A DNA stretch of 64,000 bases from Mobula hypostoma (taxonomy: Eukaryota): positions 4,774,001 through 4,838,000 of the forward strand of contig NC_086097.1 of NCBI RefSeq assembly GCF_963921235.1. The letters run 5' to 3'. The notes beneath the pieces are model-generated. The model searched no databases, was not told the origin of the DNA, and saw only the letters and a list, made by a program, of their open reading frames with translations. Positions 1 to 12,220 of the stretch are shown here, in pieces. Each line of letters starts with the position of its first letter. Within the stretch, counting starts at the first letter, position 1. The position numbers and the translations under genes were made by a program.

Positions 1-49
1 ACCTGAAAGAAACCAGTCATCTAAGTTGATACATTTCACCTGATATCTA

Positions 50-361
50 ACACCAGAGGGCATGCACATAAGGTGAGATGGGGGTAATATCAAAGGAGAT
101 GTGAGAGGGAAGTTTTTTTACACAGAGAGAGTTGGGTGTCTGGAACGTGCTGCCTGGGGTGGTGGTAGAGGCAGATATATTAGGGATTTTTAAGAGACGT
201 TTAGATAGGCAGATGAATGTGAGGAAAATGGAAGGATATAGACAGTGTGTGGACAGAGGGGATTAGTTTAGTTGGCTATTTGCTGACTAATTTAATTGGT
301 TTAGTACAATATTTTGGGCCGAATGGTCAATTCCTGTGTGTACTGTTTTATGTTCTATGTT
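50..361 (+). mobile_element. CR1 LINE 3' end fragment
   Basis: Decayed TRGH...FFTQR...WN coding remnant, with 3'UTR ending in a (TTCTATG)-type tail. Confidence 0.8.
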
Positions 362-509
362 AGAAAATGGCAGCGAGGACTGGAAACAGTAAAGGCCACA
401 GGATCAGAAAACATCCATTCTGATACTGAAGATCTAATACTGAAGATCTGTGCTCCAGAATGAGGATATATATGGTGTGCTTTAGGATCCTTCACATTGT
501 TATTGCAAG

Positions 510-1082
510 GGGTGGTAATGGGGTAATGGGGACAAGCTCTCACTACCAATTAAATGCTTCAAAATGGCATGCTGCTCAAATAGCCTCTGACAAGCAAGTC
601 CAGCTCCTGGCCTTCACGTGTGGCTTAGATACTAAGCCCAGCAGAACCGTTTCTACTGACAGGAGAAGAGGCAAGGTCGGGTTACTGATACTTTAAAACC
701 AATCGTTTTGGGCAGATGGGGCTTTTCAGCTGTGATTGGCAGCATGGAGAAAGAAAACTCTGATCTCAAACCTCTGCTGCCTTGTGGCTACACCCACTCA
801 AGACGAAAGCCTCGAGAGTAATCCCACGCCAGAGCTGGAGTCCCTAAGGCAGTGCTACAGTGAACTCAACGGTGATTGACAATTCTTGCGATGCCACTGG
901 TGCCAAACTGTATCGGTCTCTGCCATTCTCTGGATTCAGCAGCTGTGTGGAGATGGGGAGCCTGCTACATGGGCAACAGCTTGCCCTCCATATCGTACTA
1001 CCCTGGGTTGCATACTGTCTTGCGTATTACACAGACAGCTGGCATGCAGCATCCATGGTTGACCTCAACCAGTGGAGGGCCT
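510..1082 (+). mobile_element. Short non-coding element resembling an RTE-clade 5'UTR or non-autonomous derivative
   Basis: GC-richer structured block with paired segments CTCCTG/CAGGAG and GGCTTAG/CTAAGCC; family assigned by resemblance only. Confidence 0.35.
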
Positions 1083-1555
1083 TGATATATAGAAATAAGT
1101 CATGTAAAAGGAAAAAAAATCGTGACGTAGCGTACAAGGTTCATTGCCAATTCAGAAATTTGATGGCAGACAATGAACCCACATACGCTATGTCACTGCA
1201 CACATCTATCAGTAAAATGGCGGAAATTGATGAGGCTATGAACCTGTACTTTCTCACAGATAACCTCACACCAATGCCCATTAGGGTGTTGCTATGATGA
1301 TATGATTCCAGATGTCATCATCTAACTCCAGACCAAAGAATTCCAGATGTGTGATTACACTAAAGCATTATTTGGTGGAGTGTGGCTTTAAGTCTCCTTG
1401 GTAGATCTGTAGTCATTGAGTAAAAGGACGAGGAGGCAGTCCTGTATTGAAGTCATATTTTACACAATGAAAAGTGGAGGTCTAGATCATCAATGTTAGA
1501 GTTCCTCACAGCAGTGTCCCAGGACAAACATGTTCTTCTGCTTCCAATATTAATC

Positions 1556-1907
1556 AGAGTCACAGAAAAGTAAAGCACAGCAACAAGCCCTTTGGACCAT
1601 CTGGTCTCTGCTGAACCATTTAAACTGCCTACTCTCATTGACCCGCACCGGGACCATAGCCCTCCATACCTCTGCCAACCATGTACCTATCCAAACTTTT
1701 CTTCAACATTGAAGTCAAGCTTGCATGCACCACTTGTGCTGGCATCTCTTTCTATACTCTCATCACCCACTGAGTGAAGAAGTTTCCCCGCATGTTACGC
1801 TTAAACTTTTCACCTTTCACCTTTAACCCCTGACTTCTGTTTGTATTCCCACTCAACCTAGTGGAAAAAGTCTGCTTGCATTTACCCTGTCTATACCCCT
1901 CATAATT
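1556..1907 (-). mobile_element. CR1 LINE 3' end fragment
   Basis: Reverse complement matches the 3' end of the CR1 copy at 15024-15378. Confidence 0.8.
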
Positions 1908-1964
1908 CAGAATTGTGAATATTCACTCCACTTGATGCTCAGTTCTATTTAATATTCCTCGACC

Positions 1965-2260
1965 AACGAGGCAGCTCTCAACTTAGTGTGCAGGAGCACC
2001 TGGACAATACATAAACATCCTCCAAGAGGAGCACAACCTTGTTGTGATTTGGAGGCTTGTGTACCTCCGTGCTCTGGAGAGCTATGCGGGCTGGAGTTAG
2101 GGGTTTATGCTTTACTCTTGGTTGGGTCACCCATGCTAAATAACTCAAAGGGTAGAGGGCAGACTAAGAGTGGTCCTCCAGGTTCGGGGGTTCAGCTCAG
2201 GTTCTAACCAACCCTGACTGGTCAAACAAAACTGTTACAGAAACGGCCAATGAAGTGTCA
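1965..2260 (+). mobile_element. RTE (Rex3/Expander-like) 5'UTR-type fragment
   Basis: Motif string ggaggcttgtgt...gagagctatgc...gggtcacccatg...cagactaagag...aaccctgac...aaaactgttacagaaac; resemblance only. Confidence 0.3.
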
Positions 2261-2284
2261 TTCATATGAACCAACATTCTCACA

Positions 2285-5200
2285 GGCAGGTTTATTAGAG
2301 CTGTTGGGGAGGGTTTAAACTGATTTGACAGGGGTTGGGAACTGGAGTGAAGAGACTCAGGATAGGATGGAGGGTGAAAAAGCAAAGATAGCGTGCAGTC
2401 AGACTGTCAGGACGGTCAGGCAGGCGATGGTTGCATAGTCGCAGCCAGCAGGGCGAGTATCAGTACATTAGGGATGCAAAGTCAAAAAGGATATCAAATA
2501 CGGTACTCAAAGTATTGTATCTAAATGTGCAGAGTATAAGAAATAAGGTGGATGATCTTGTTGCACTATTACGGATTGTCAGGTATGATGTTTTGGCCAT
2601 CACTGAATCATGGCTGAAGGATGGTTGTAGTTGGGATCTGAATGTTCCAGGTTACATGTTGTATCGGAGGGATAGGAAGATAGGCATGGGGGAGGCATGG
2701 CTCTACTGGTAAAGAATGGCATCGGAAGATGTTGAATCCTTGTGGGTTGACTTAAGAAACTGCAAGAGTGAAAGGACCCTGAAGGCAGTTGTGTACAGGC
2801 CTCTCAGCAGTGTCTGGGAAGTGAACCACAGATTACAACAGGAAATGGAAAAGGCATATCAAAAGGGCAATGTTATGATAGTCATGTAGGTCGACTGGAA
2901 AAATTAGGTTGATAATACATCTCAAGAGAGTGAGTTTGTTGAATGCCTAAGAGATGGCTTTTTAGAGCAGTTTGTCATTGAGCCTACTAGGGGATCAGCT
3001 ATACTGGATTGGGTGTTATATAATGAACCAGAGGCGATTAGGGAGCTTAAGGTAAAAGAACCCTTAGGAACCAATGATCACAATATGAGTTCAACTTGAA
3101 ATTTAATAGGGAGAAAGTAAAGTCTTATGTAGCAGTATTTCAGTAGAGTAAGGGAAATTTCAGTGGTATGAGAGAGGAGTCGGCCAAAGTAAATTGGAAG
3201 GAGCTGCTGGCAGGAATATCAGCAGAGCAGCAATGACGTGCTTTTCTCGGAAAATTAAGGAAGGTGCAGGACATGTATATTCCAAAAATGAAGAAATACT
3301 CAAATGGTAAAACAGTACAACCATGGTGACAAAGGAAGTCAAAGCTATTGTACAAGCAAAAGAAAGGGTGTACAGCAAAGCAAAAAATTAGTGGGAAGAT
3401 AGAGGATTGGGAAGTTTTCAAAAACCTACAGAGAACAACCAAAAGAATCATTAGAAGGGAAACAACGAAATATGAAAGCAAGCTAGCAAACAATGTCAAA
3501 GCGGATAGTAAAAGGTTTTTCAAGTATGTAAAAAAAGAGAGATGAGAGTGGATATAGGACAGCTAGAAAACAGGGGAAAAGGAGATGGCAGATGAACTAA
3601 ATGAGTATTTTGCAACAGTCTTCACTGTGGAAGACATTAGCAGTGTGCCTGATGTTGTGGGTGGAGTTACTGTTTCAAGGGAGAAGGTGCTCAAAAAGCT
3701 GAAAGAGCTAGTAGTACATAAGTCACCAGGACCAGATGAACTGCACCCTAGGGTTCTGAAAGAGGTAGAATTAGAGATTGTGGTGGCATTAGTAACGATC
3801 TTTCAAAAATCATTGGACTCTGGCATGGTGCTGGAGGACTGGAAAACTGCAAATTTCACTCTACGCTTTAAGAAAGGAGGAAGGCAGCAGAAAGGAAATT
3901 ATAGACCAGTTAGCCTGACTTCAGTAGTTGGAAAGATTTTAGAGTTAATTGTTAAGGAGGTGACACAATTGTTAATTGGTGACACAGGACAAGATAGTAC
4001 AAAGTCAGCATGGTTTCCTTCAGGGAAAATCCTGCCTGACAAACCTATTGGAATTCTTTGAGGAGATTACAAGTAGGACAGATAAAGGGGATGCAGTGGA
4101 TGTTGTATATTCTGACTTTCAGAAGACCTTTGACAAGGTACCACACATGAGACTGCTTAACAAGCAATGAGCCCATGGTATTACAGGAAATATTCTAACG
4201 TAAATAAAGCAGTGGCTGATTGGAAGGAGGCAAAGAGTGGGAATAAAGGGAGGCTTTTGTGGAGGGGCAGGTAGTGTTGAGGAAATAGGTAGGAACCAGA
4301 AAAACTTAGACAGATTGGGAGAATAGACAAGAAAGTAGCAATTGAAATATAATGTTGGAAAATGCATGGTCATGCACTTTGGTAATAGAAATAAATGTGC
4401 AGACTATTTTCTAAACAAGGAAAAAATCCAAGACTCTGATATGCAGAGGGACTTGAGAGTCTTTGTGCAAAATACCAACATTTCCACAATTCTGATAGAG
4501 AAATTGCAGAACCTGGGCCTCTGTACCTCCCTCTGCAATTGGATCTACGACTTCTTAACCAGAAGACCACAATCTGTGAGGATCGGTGATAAAAAATCCT
4601 CCTCTGTGACGATCAACACTGGTGCACCTCAGGGGTGTGTGCTTAGCCCACTGCTCTACTCTCTATATCCCCATGACTGTGTGGCTAGGCATAGCTCAAA
4701 TACCATCTATAAATCTGCTGACGGTACAACCATTGTTGGTAGAATCTCAGGTGGTGACGAGAGGCTGTACAGGAGTGAGATATGCCAACTAGTGGAGTGG
4801 TGTCACAGCAACAACCTGGCATTCACAGTCAGTAAGACGAAAGAGCTGATTGTGGACTGCAGGAAGGGTAAGACGAAGGAACACATACTAATCCTCATAG
4901 AGGGATCAGAAGTGGAGAGAGTGAGCAGTTTCAAGTTCCTGGGTGCCCGGATCTCTGAGGATCTAACCTGGTCCCAACATATCGATGTAGTTATAAGGAA
5001 GGCAAGGCAGTGGCTATACTTCATTGGAGTTTGAAGAGATTTGGCATGTCAACAAATACATTCAAAAGCTTCTATAGATGTAATGTGGAGAGCATTCTGA
5101 CAGGCTGCATCACTGTCTGGTATGGAGGGGCCACTGCACAGGACTGAAAGAAGCTGCAGAAGGTTATAAATCTAGTCAACTCCATCTTGGGCACTACCCA

Positions 5201-6290
5201 GGACATCATCAGGGATTGGTGTCTCAGAAAGGCAACATCCATTATTAAGGACCTCCAGCACCCATGACATGCCCTTTTCTGACTGGTCATCAGATAGGAG
5301 GTACAGAAGCCTGAAGGCACACACTCAGTGATTCAGGAACAGCTTCTTCCCTTTTGCCATCTGATTCCTAAATGGGCATCGAATTCTTGGACACTTTTAA
5401 TATATCACTTTTTTAATATACAGAATTTCTGCTTTTTGCATGTTGGATTTACTTATTTGTTTGTTTATTTATTATTTATTTATTTGTTATTATTATTATT
5501 TTTCTCTTCTATATTATGTGTTGCATTGAACTGCTGCTGCTAAGTTAACAAATTTCACGTCACGTGCTGGTGATAATAAACCTGATTTTGATTCTGATTA
5601 AATGTTAACTTGCAGGTTCTGTCAGTGGTAAGGACGGCAAATGCCATGTTAGCATTCATTTCAAGAAGACTAGAATACAAGAGCAGGGATGTGATGCTGA
5701 GGCTTTATAAGGCACTGGTGAGGCCTCACCTTGAGTATTGAGAACAGTTTTGAGCTCCTCATTTGAGAAGAGATTGCGCTAGCATTGGAGAGGTTTCAGA
5801 GGAGGTTCACAAGGATCATTCCAGGAATAAAAGGGTTATCATACGAGGAATGTTTCATGGCTCTGGGTCTGTACTTGCTGGAATTTAGAAGGATGAGGGG
5901 GGATCTCATTGAAACCTTTTGAATGTTGAAAGGCCTAGACAGAGTAGATGTGGAAAGGATGTTTCCCATGGTGGGAGAGTCTGGGATAAGAGGGCACAGC
6001 CTCAGGATAAGGGGTGTCCATTCAAAACAGAGATGTGGAGAAATTTCTTTAGCCAGAGGGTGGTGAATTTGTGGAATTTGTTGCCACATGCAGCTGTGGA
6101 GGCCAGGTCGCTGGGTGTAATTAAGGCAGAGATTGGTAGGTTCTTGATTGGACATGGTATCAAGGGTTACGGGGAGAAGGCTGTAAAATGGGGTTGAAGA
6201 GGAGAAAAAAAAGGATAGGCCATGATTGAATGGCGGAGTAGACTCAATTCGCCAAACAGCCTAATTCTGCTCCTATGTCTTATGGTCTCA
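2285..6290 (+). mobile_element. Degraded CR1 LINE ORF2 (APE endonuclease + RT) with 3'UTR, split by a Rex1-like insertion
   Basis: [54 protein letters not shown]; resumes after 5599 and ends in a CR1 tail; many stops and frameshifts. Confidence 0.9.
4474..5599 (+). mobile_element. Rex1/Babar-like LINE, 5'-truncated, nested in CR1
   Basis: [34 protein letters not shown]; (GATTCT)n tail at about 5584-5598; CR1 text continues on both sides. Confidence 0.85.
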
Positions 6291-7387
6291 TACTGTCATC
6301 TGAGTGTGACACTGTTCCTGATTCTCCACCCGGAACCTGCATGGCTGACTGTAGTGAAAACCAAGAGAAAGCTACCAGCACAATGAAGAAAGTCCTGAAC
6401 ACCATCAGAGGTAGAGGACCTTCACTGCTGCCGTCAGTGCCAGCGGCGTAACAGGCAGTAGATAACATACGGGCAGTATATAATACAAGCAGGTACCATT
6501 TATGCCACAGAAGTACCAAAAGTTGAACCTCTCCAATAAGAGTAAGTCTGCCCACCTCCCCTTGAATTTCAATTGCATTCCCAGTTCTGGCATTCCCACC
6601 AGCAACAGCTTTGCATCTAAATCTACACTTGAAAAGCTCTTAGACAGGCACATGGTTGAAGAAAAATGGAGGACTATGTAGGAGTAAAGGGCTAGATTGA
6701 TCTTTGGGATTGATTCAAGATTCAAGATTGTTTAATGCAATTTCCAGTACTCAAGTGTAAAGGAAAACAAAATAGTTCTTACTCTGGATCCGATGTAACA
6801 CAAGAAACTCAATAAATAAACATATTTCAGATATCTTATATTTATCAATTGATTGTATGTCCATGAAATGACATCTTAGAGTAGGTTATAATGTCTGCAG
6901 AACATTGTGGGCCGAAGGGCCTGTACTGTGCTTTAATGTTCTAGATTTTATTCTCTACATTCAATGTTTCATGTCATCGAGACACTGGGGCACCACCTTC
7001 GTGTCTCTATCTATGTCACAAAGACATAAAATATGAAACAGGCCTACCTCGTCTATTTGGTCAGAAATTCATCTAGAATGGCCACAAAAATACCATAACT
7101 ACAAGAGCAGGTCCAAGGCTGGGTACCCTGTGGTCAGTGATTCACCTATAAATACTTCAAGGCCTTCCACGAATTACCAAGTAAAATTCAACAGAACGAA
7201 AGAATACTGTCCACTCGCCTGACCACTACTGCCCAACAACCTTCATGAAGCTTAACACCATTGAGGGCAAATCAGCCCACCAGACTGGCACTCCATCAAT
7301 AACTCTGAACATTAATCGCTTCCATTGTCAGTGCACACTGGCTGCAGTGTGTTCTACTTACAAAATAAACGTTAGTCAACACCTATG

Positions 7388-7960
7388 TGTAACACGCTAT
7401 AAGGTTTCACTGCTAATGTAATGGCTTCTTTGTAATGTTCACCACTGAAGTAATGGTTTCTCTGTAACAGCAATGTTTGGGTTATAGCTGGAGATAACAG
7501 GACTATGTGATGCATGTTAGCCAATCAGGATTATGTTGCCCTGTCTTGTGAATCTGGAAGCAGTTGATTTTGCAGGCTTTTGCCACAGAGAGAGAGAGAG
7601 AGATGAAGAGAGAAGACGCGAATGGAGAGATTTGGTAAACCACCAGACAGGCTGGACTCGGAGCGAGGTCGATGGGGACCGGTCAGCCTATGAGTGAGCT
7701 CCAACTTTGCGCACAGCCTGTTAATAAGATTGGGCCCTTTTTTTCCTTTTATTTAGTTTCTCTACTAACCATATAGTCAAAGTAAGAGTTATAAAGCTTA
7801 ATTGTTTAATCGCATATTGTGTACTGTTTGTTATTTCGGGGTACTGATTTGTAACAGGGGACACACCGCGCAGCATGCACGCAAGTGAGATTTCTTACGT
7901 TTGGCTGGGCCGGGGGTTATCACCCCCTATGTTGAGCTGCTAGGCAAAGCGAGAGTTACA
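7388..7960. mobile_element. Solo LTR (573 bp)
   Basis: TGTAAC...GTTACA inverted termini; 4-bp TSD TATG at 7384-7387 and 7961-7964. Confidence 0.85.
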
Positions 7961-8216
7961 TATGTTTCTCTGGCATTATCTGCAAACGTCATAATGTCTA
8001 CCAACAGGAAGGACAAGAAAAATAGGAACGGGTGAATACCACCACTCGGATTTTCCTTGTCAAATTCCACACCATCCTGTTATGGAAATCTATCACCAGT
8101 TTCTTATAATTTCTGGTTCTAAGTACTGGAACTCCCTATCTGATGATACTGTGGGAGCACCTTAACCTGATGGACTGTAGTGGTTTAAGATTCAACATCC
8201 TCTCAAGGGCAAATCA

Positions 8217-8613
8217 ACTTACTTATCTTTACCTTATCATCCATACTGGGAGACAGGGTACTGACAGCAGCCTGCCAGAGTCCTCTGATCTGGTCATCCA
8301 ATTTGCTGAGAGAATTAAAAAACAAATCATGCAAACAATAAAAGTAAGTAAATAGCATTCAAAACTGGAGTTTTACGAAAGACGCAAAGCCAGGCATCTC
8401 TGCTCCCGGAGCAGGTCACAGACTCAGTTCATTGCAGAGCGGAGTAAACATCTGAAGTTGTCCCCAGCAAAGATCCATCCTCTCCGAGAGATAAGGTCTT
8501 TGGAGTGAATGTTGGCATTTCTGTCGCTCTGGGTTTTTACGAGGTGGGGTTGCTGGCTCTATGCCAACTCTCCTCCATTCACAGTTGGGCTTGGGAGCAT
8601 CCATGATACAGTT
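8217..8613 (-). mobile_element. Non-autonomous RTE-like retroelement (about 400 bp)
   Basis: 13-bp TSD CAAGGGCAAATCA (8204-8216, 8614-8626); minus-strand 3' tail TAAGTAAGT; 5' end CCCAAGCCC...GGAGGAGAGTTGG...GCAACCCCACCTCGTAAAAA. Confidence 0.75.
8563..8613 (-). ncRNA. Decayed twister ribozyme, 3' cleavage product
   Basis: AACTGTATCATGGATGCTCCCAAGCCCAACTGTGAATGGAGGAGAGTTGG resembles the twister pattern AAC...GGUCCCAAGCCCGG...GGAGG(A)GGG. Confidence 0.55.
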
Positions 8614-10164
8614 CAAGGGCAAATCAGGATGGGTAATAAATTCCGAGTTTGTCAGTAATGCCCAGACTGCTAAGAAGGAATAAAGAAAAGACACACAGAT
8701 TTTCGGCTCCTGATTATTATTCCTGCCAATAGTGCATGTTCCTTGGTAAAGAGCGAAGGGAGGATTAGATTAGCTTGTGAATTCCCCCACGGTCTCTTAA
8801 CCTGCAGACAATTCACTCTCAAGAATCATTAAAAGAAAATAACACTCAGCTGAGTAAGGTATTTCAAGCAGTTAACTGCTGATGAAGCTGTAGAGTACAT
8901 GGTGATGGCTCCAATAGGGAATGTACATGGAAAGAGTTGGCAGAAAAAATAGTGAAAAACATCAAAAATTCATTCAGTCCAAAGTCAATTCTTAAATTTT
9001 AGATGACAATACAGTTCAAAATCAATATTCTAAGTGCATTTCTTATCAAAGTATGTATTCAGTATACAACCCTGAAATTGGTCTTCCCCACAAACTGTCA
9101 CAAAACAGAGAACCATGCAACCAACCCATTCAAAGAAAAACATCAAATATCAAACCCCCCTCCCGCCCACTTGTAAAAATACTGCACCAGCGGCAACGAA
9201 CAAAGAGCAAAAACACAGCACATAAAACACAAAATCAAAAGGCATATTTCAGTTGAGTTCAGCTCAGCGATCATTATCAGCAGGCTGTCCGGTTCAGAAA
9301 TTGCCCAAAAGTTGTAATGAAAAAGAGCGACCAGAACTAGAACTAGAATGGGAACACATTCTGCAGTGATGCGTTTTTTCGCCTAGATATGTGCTGTTGC
9401 CAATGCAAATGATATATGTTCAGAAACCCACACTTGATGTATTATCCAGTGAATTGAATGGTCAAGGGCAAAGGAGGTTGAAGAGTCTTAGTATTTATTG
9501 TCACCACTCAGAATGGGTTGTAGGACTCAATAAGTTAATGTAATTTAAAATACCTCATCATTAGTAGTCACTGGAAGGATTAGCACAGTATCAAGGGCAT
9601 TTTACATGACCATATCGATATTTTTGCACTTCACCCAATTTCCTGAGAGATTATGTAGCTTTAGCCTTGATCAATGCCCCTATCCAATGTGCTTTCCTGA
9701 TGCTGAAATCTAAATCCATATCTTAATCTTACTAGAACCATGGACTATCACTCTCTTCACACTGATGATAGAGCATCCAAAACCTATTCCATATATCACT
9801 TGATGCTTATCATGGAACGTGACTCTGCAATGCAATTGAGATGTTTGGTCTGATTCTGAGCAAGGTGAGATATTGAAGGTGAAATATGAAAGTCACCAGG
9901 ATTCAACTGAATAAACAGAAGAAGGGAGAATACTTCTATTTGCCAGAAATAAATTATCATATTTATAATTCATGTTAAGAAATATTATATAAAATATGTG
10001 ATTAGCCATGTGTCATTTGAATCACCTGAAGGTATCATAAAAGGAATAAAAACTTGATAAAAAATTGAGTTTTTTTTCAGTTATTTTAGTATAGATTTCT
10101 GAATGCATCCTTCATTAATGTAGGGTGATGCAAGATCTTTGTAATTCATTTAGAACTGTTTTAT

Positions 10165-10800
10165 CAAAGTTCAGAGTTCAAAATAAATTTTATTATCAAA
10201 GTATGAATATGTCACCATATAAAACGCCGGGATTCATTTTCTTGTGGGTATACTCAACAAATCTATTGAATAGTGACTATAATAGACTCACTGAAAGACC
10301 AGCCAGTTACGACATTCAACCAGAGTGCAGAAGATAACAAATTGTGTAAATGCAAAGAAAAGAAGCAAGAATGTAAATAAGTAAGTGATCAATATTGAGC
10401 ACGTGAGATGGAGAGTCCTTGCATGTGTGTCCATTTGTTGTGGGAACATTCCAGTGAAGTTGAGTGAAGTTATCCTTTTTGTTCAAGAGCCTGATGGTTG
10501 ATGGGCATCAACTGTTCCTGAACCTGGTGGTGAGAATCCTAAGGCTCCTTCGACCTGATGGCAGCAGTGAGAAGAGAGCATGTTCTGGGTGGTGGAAATC
10601 CCTGGTGATGGATGCTGCTTTCCTGTCAGAGTGTTTCATGTAGATGTGCTCAATGGTTGGGAGGGCTTTACCCATTGCGGACTGGCCTTATCCATTACTT
10701 TTTGTAGGATTTTCCGTTCAAGGGCATTGGTGTTTCTATGCAGGCTGTGATGTAACCAGTCAATATACTCTCCACCACACATCTATAGAATTTTTTCAAA
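10165..10800 (-). mobile_element. Rex1/Babar-like LINE 3' remnant
   Basis: FYRCVVESILTGYITA (ORF 10695-10946) followed by the family 3' region. Confidence 0.7.
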
Positions 10801-11706
10801 GTTATATATTCTGCCGGGTCTATCAATACTGAGATGTACACATTAAAAATAATTGGTGTGGTAATAGTTAATGTGTTAAATAGATCAATGAAAGTTTGTT
10901 TGTTGTAGTGCTGTGTCACATGACAGGAAGTTGTTTGATCATGCATATGAAGAAAGGTTTTCCTCTGACAGTAAATGATGACACCCTATTGCCATGGGAA
11001 AAAATATTCTCACATTTGTTGTTGCCATGAGTTCAGAAGGAATGTGAACTCACATTCCTTTGCTTGAGAAATGCTGCTTCTTGGATCCATTGAGTGGACT
11101 TTCCCTTTGTCATGAGTGTTGTCAAGGACTATTGGTGACTCTTCTATTGGCTGTTGCAAGGATCTGTATAAAGAGTAGAGCTCTGAGAGTTGTTTATGTT
11201 AGCAGGGCAAATAGTTTTCTTGTCCCTAATTGATTAATAGAACAGTTTTAACAAATGTATTGAAAAAATCAGTATTATGTAATAATAAGCAAACAGTTTA
11301 AAGTGTATTCCCGTGGGGTGTGCTTTTGGAATGTTCTCCTGTGGTGGGAAGAATTGTTTGCACAATTCAAATCTGTTTGCAGAAAACTCATTTTACCTGT
11401 GGAGGGAGCTCAGACTCAAAGGTGCTGTTTGTGATTTTCTGATTCAGTTAATACTTCCAGTGTTAGCAGTTTTTTTTGTTGCTTTCCATTCACTGAATTC
11501 CGATTGCTGAAGGATGTGCAGGCATATGAATGATGAGCAGCGTTTCAACAGCAATGACTGCCTTCACAGAGAGTGAGCTTCATACGCATTGGAATCTTTG
11601 CATTGGATCTTGAGTGCTAGAGGATGTTAGATTACAGTGTAGAATTTTTATTTTACTTGTGCTTTCATTGTGTTTGAATTTTCCCAGTGTTTAAACTTTC
11701 CCATGT

Positions 11707-12005
11707 TCAGAATCAATTTTGGGTTCAATATCACCAGCATATGTTGTGAAATTTGCGGTCTTTGTGACAGCAGTACAATGCAATATATAATAGAGAAAAA
11801 CACTGTGAATTACAGACAGTATATATCTATTAAATAGCTCACTTAAATAAGTAGTGCAGAAATAAAAATAAAGATAAGTAGTGAGGTCGTGTTCATGAGT
11901 TTAATGTTCATTCAGGAATCGGACGTCAGAGGGGAAGGAAGTTGCTCTGGAGTCACCGAGTGTGTGCTTTCAAGCTCTTGGACCTCCTTCCTGATGGCAG
12001 CAACT
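11707..12005 (-). mobile_element. Rex1/Babar-like 3'UTR remnant
   Basis: cagaatc tail; matches the reverse complement of 5290-5598. Confidence 0.65.
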
Positions 12006-12220
12006 GTATTTTTATACAATAATCAATATGCATGTAATTGTTCAGTGATTACAGTACAGTTGCTTCTGCATTTTTCTAGAAATGTAGAAATGTAGTTTTC
12101 TGTAACAGGAGTCATACCTGTTGAAAGCCGCTTTCAGGCCGGGTTGCACCTTAATAAACGGGCACCAGCATTCCGGCAGCCAGGTTTGTCTCTGCAACAC
12201 GGGTGTGTTTAAACTAAGTA

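Larger units (their letters stand above)
7070..8670 (+). mobile_element. Ancient L2/Crack-like LINE 3' portion interrupted by a solo LTR and an RTE-like element
   Basis: Decayed RT C-terminal coding remnant at 7200-7370; the 3'UTR reads continuously across the 8204-8626 TSD. Confidence 0.5.

Noticed and set aside
860..1297. 145-aa ORF
   Set aside because: Non-ATG start, crosses repeat boundaries and has no motifs
1965..2260. Ribozyme in this RTE-like 5'UTR fragment
   Set aside because: Could not fit a twister, HDV or hammerhead fold by hand
4342..5034. 230-aa ORF as a novel protein (likewise 59931-60395)
   Set aside because: Chance read-through across a CR1/Rex1 insertion junction
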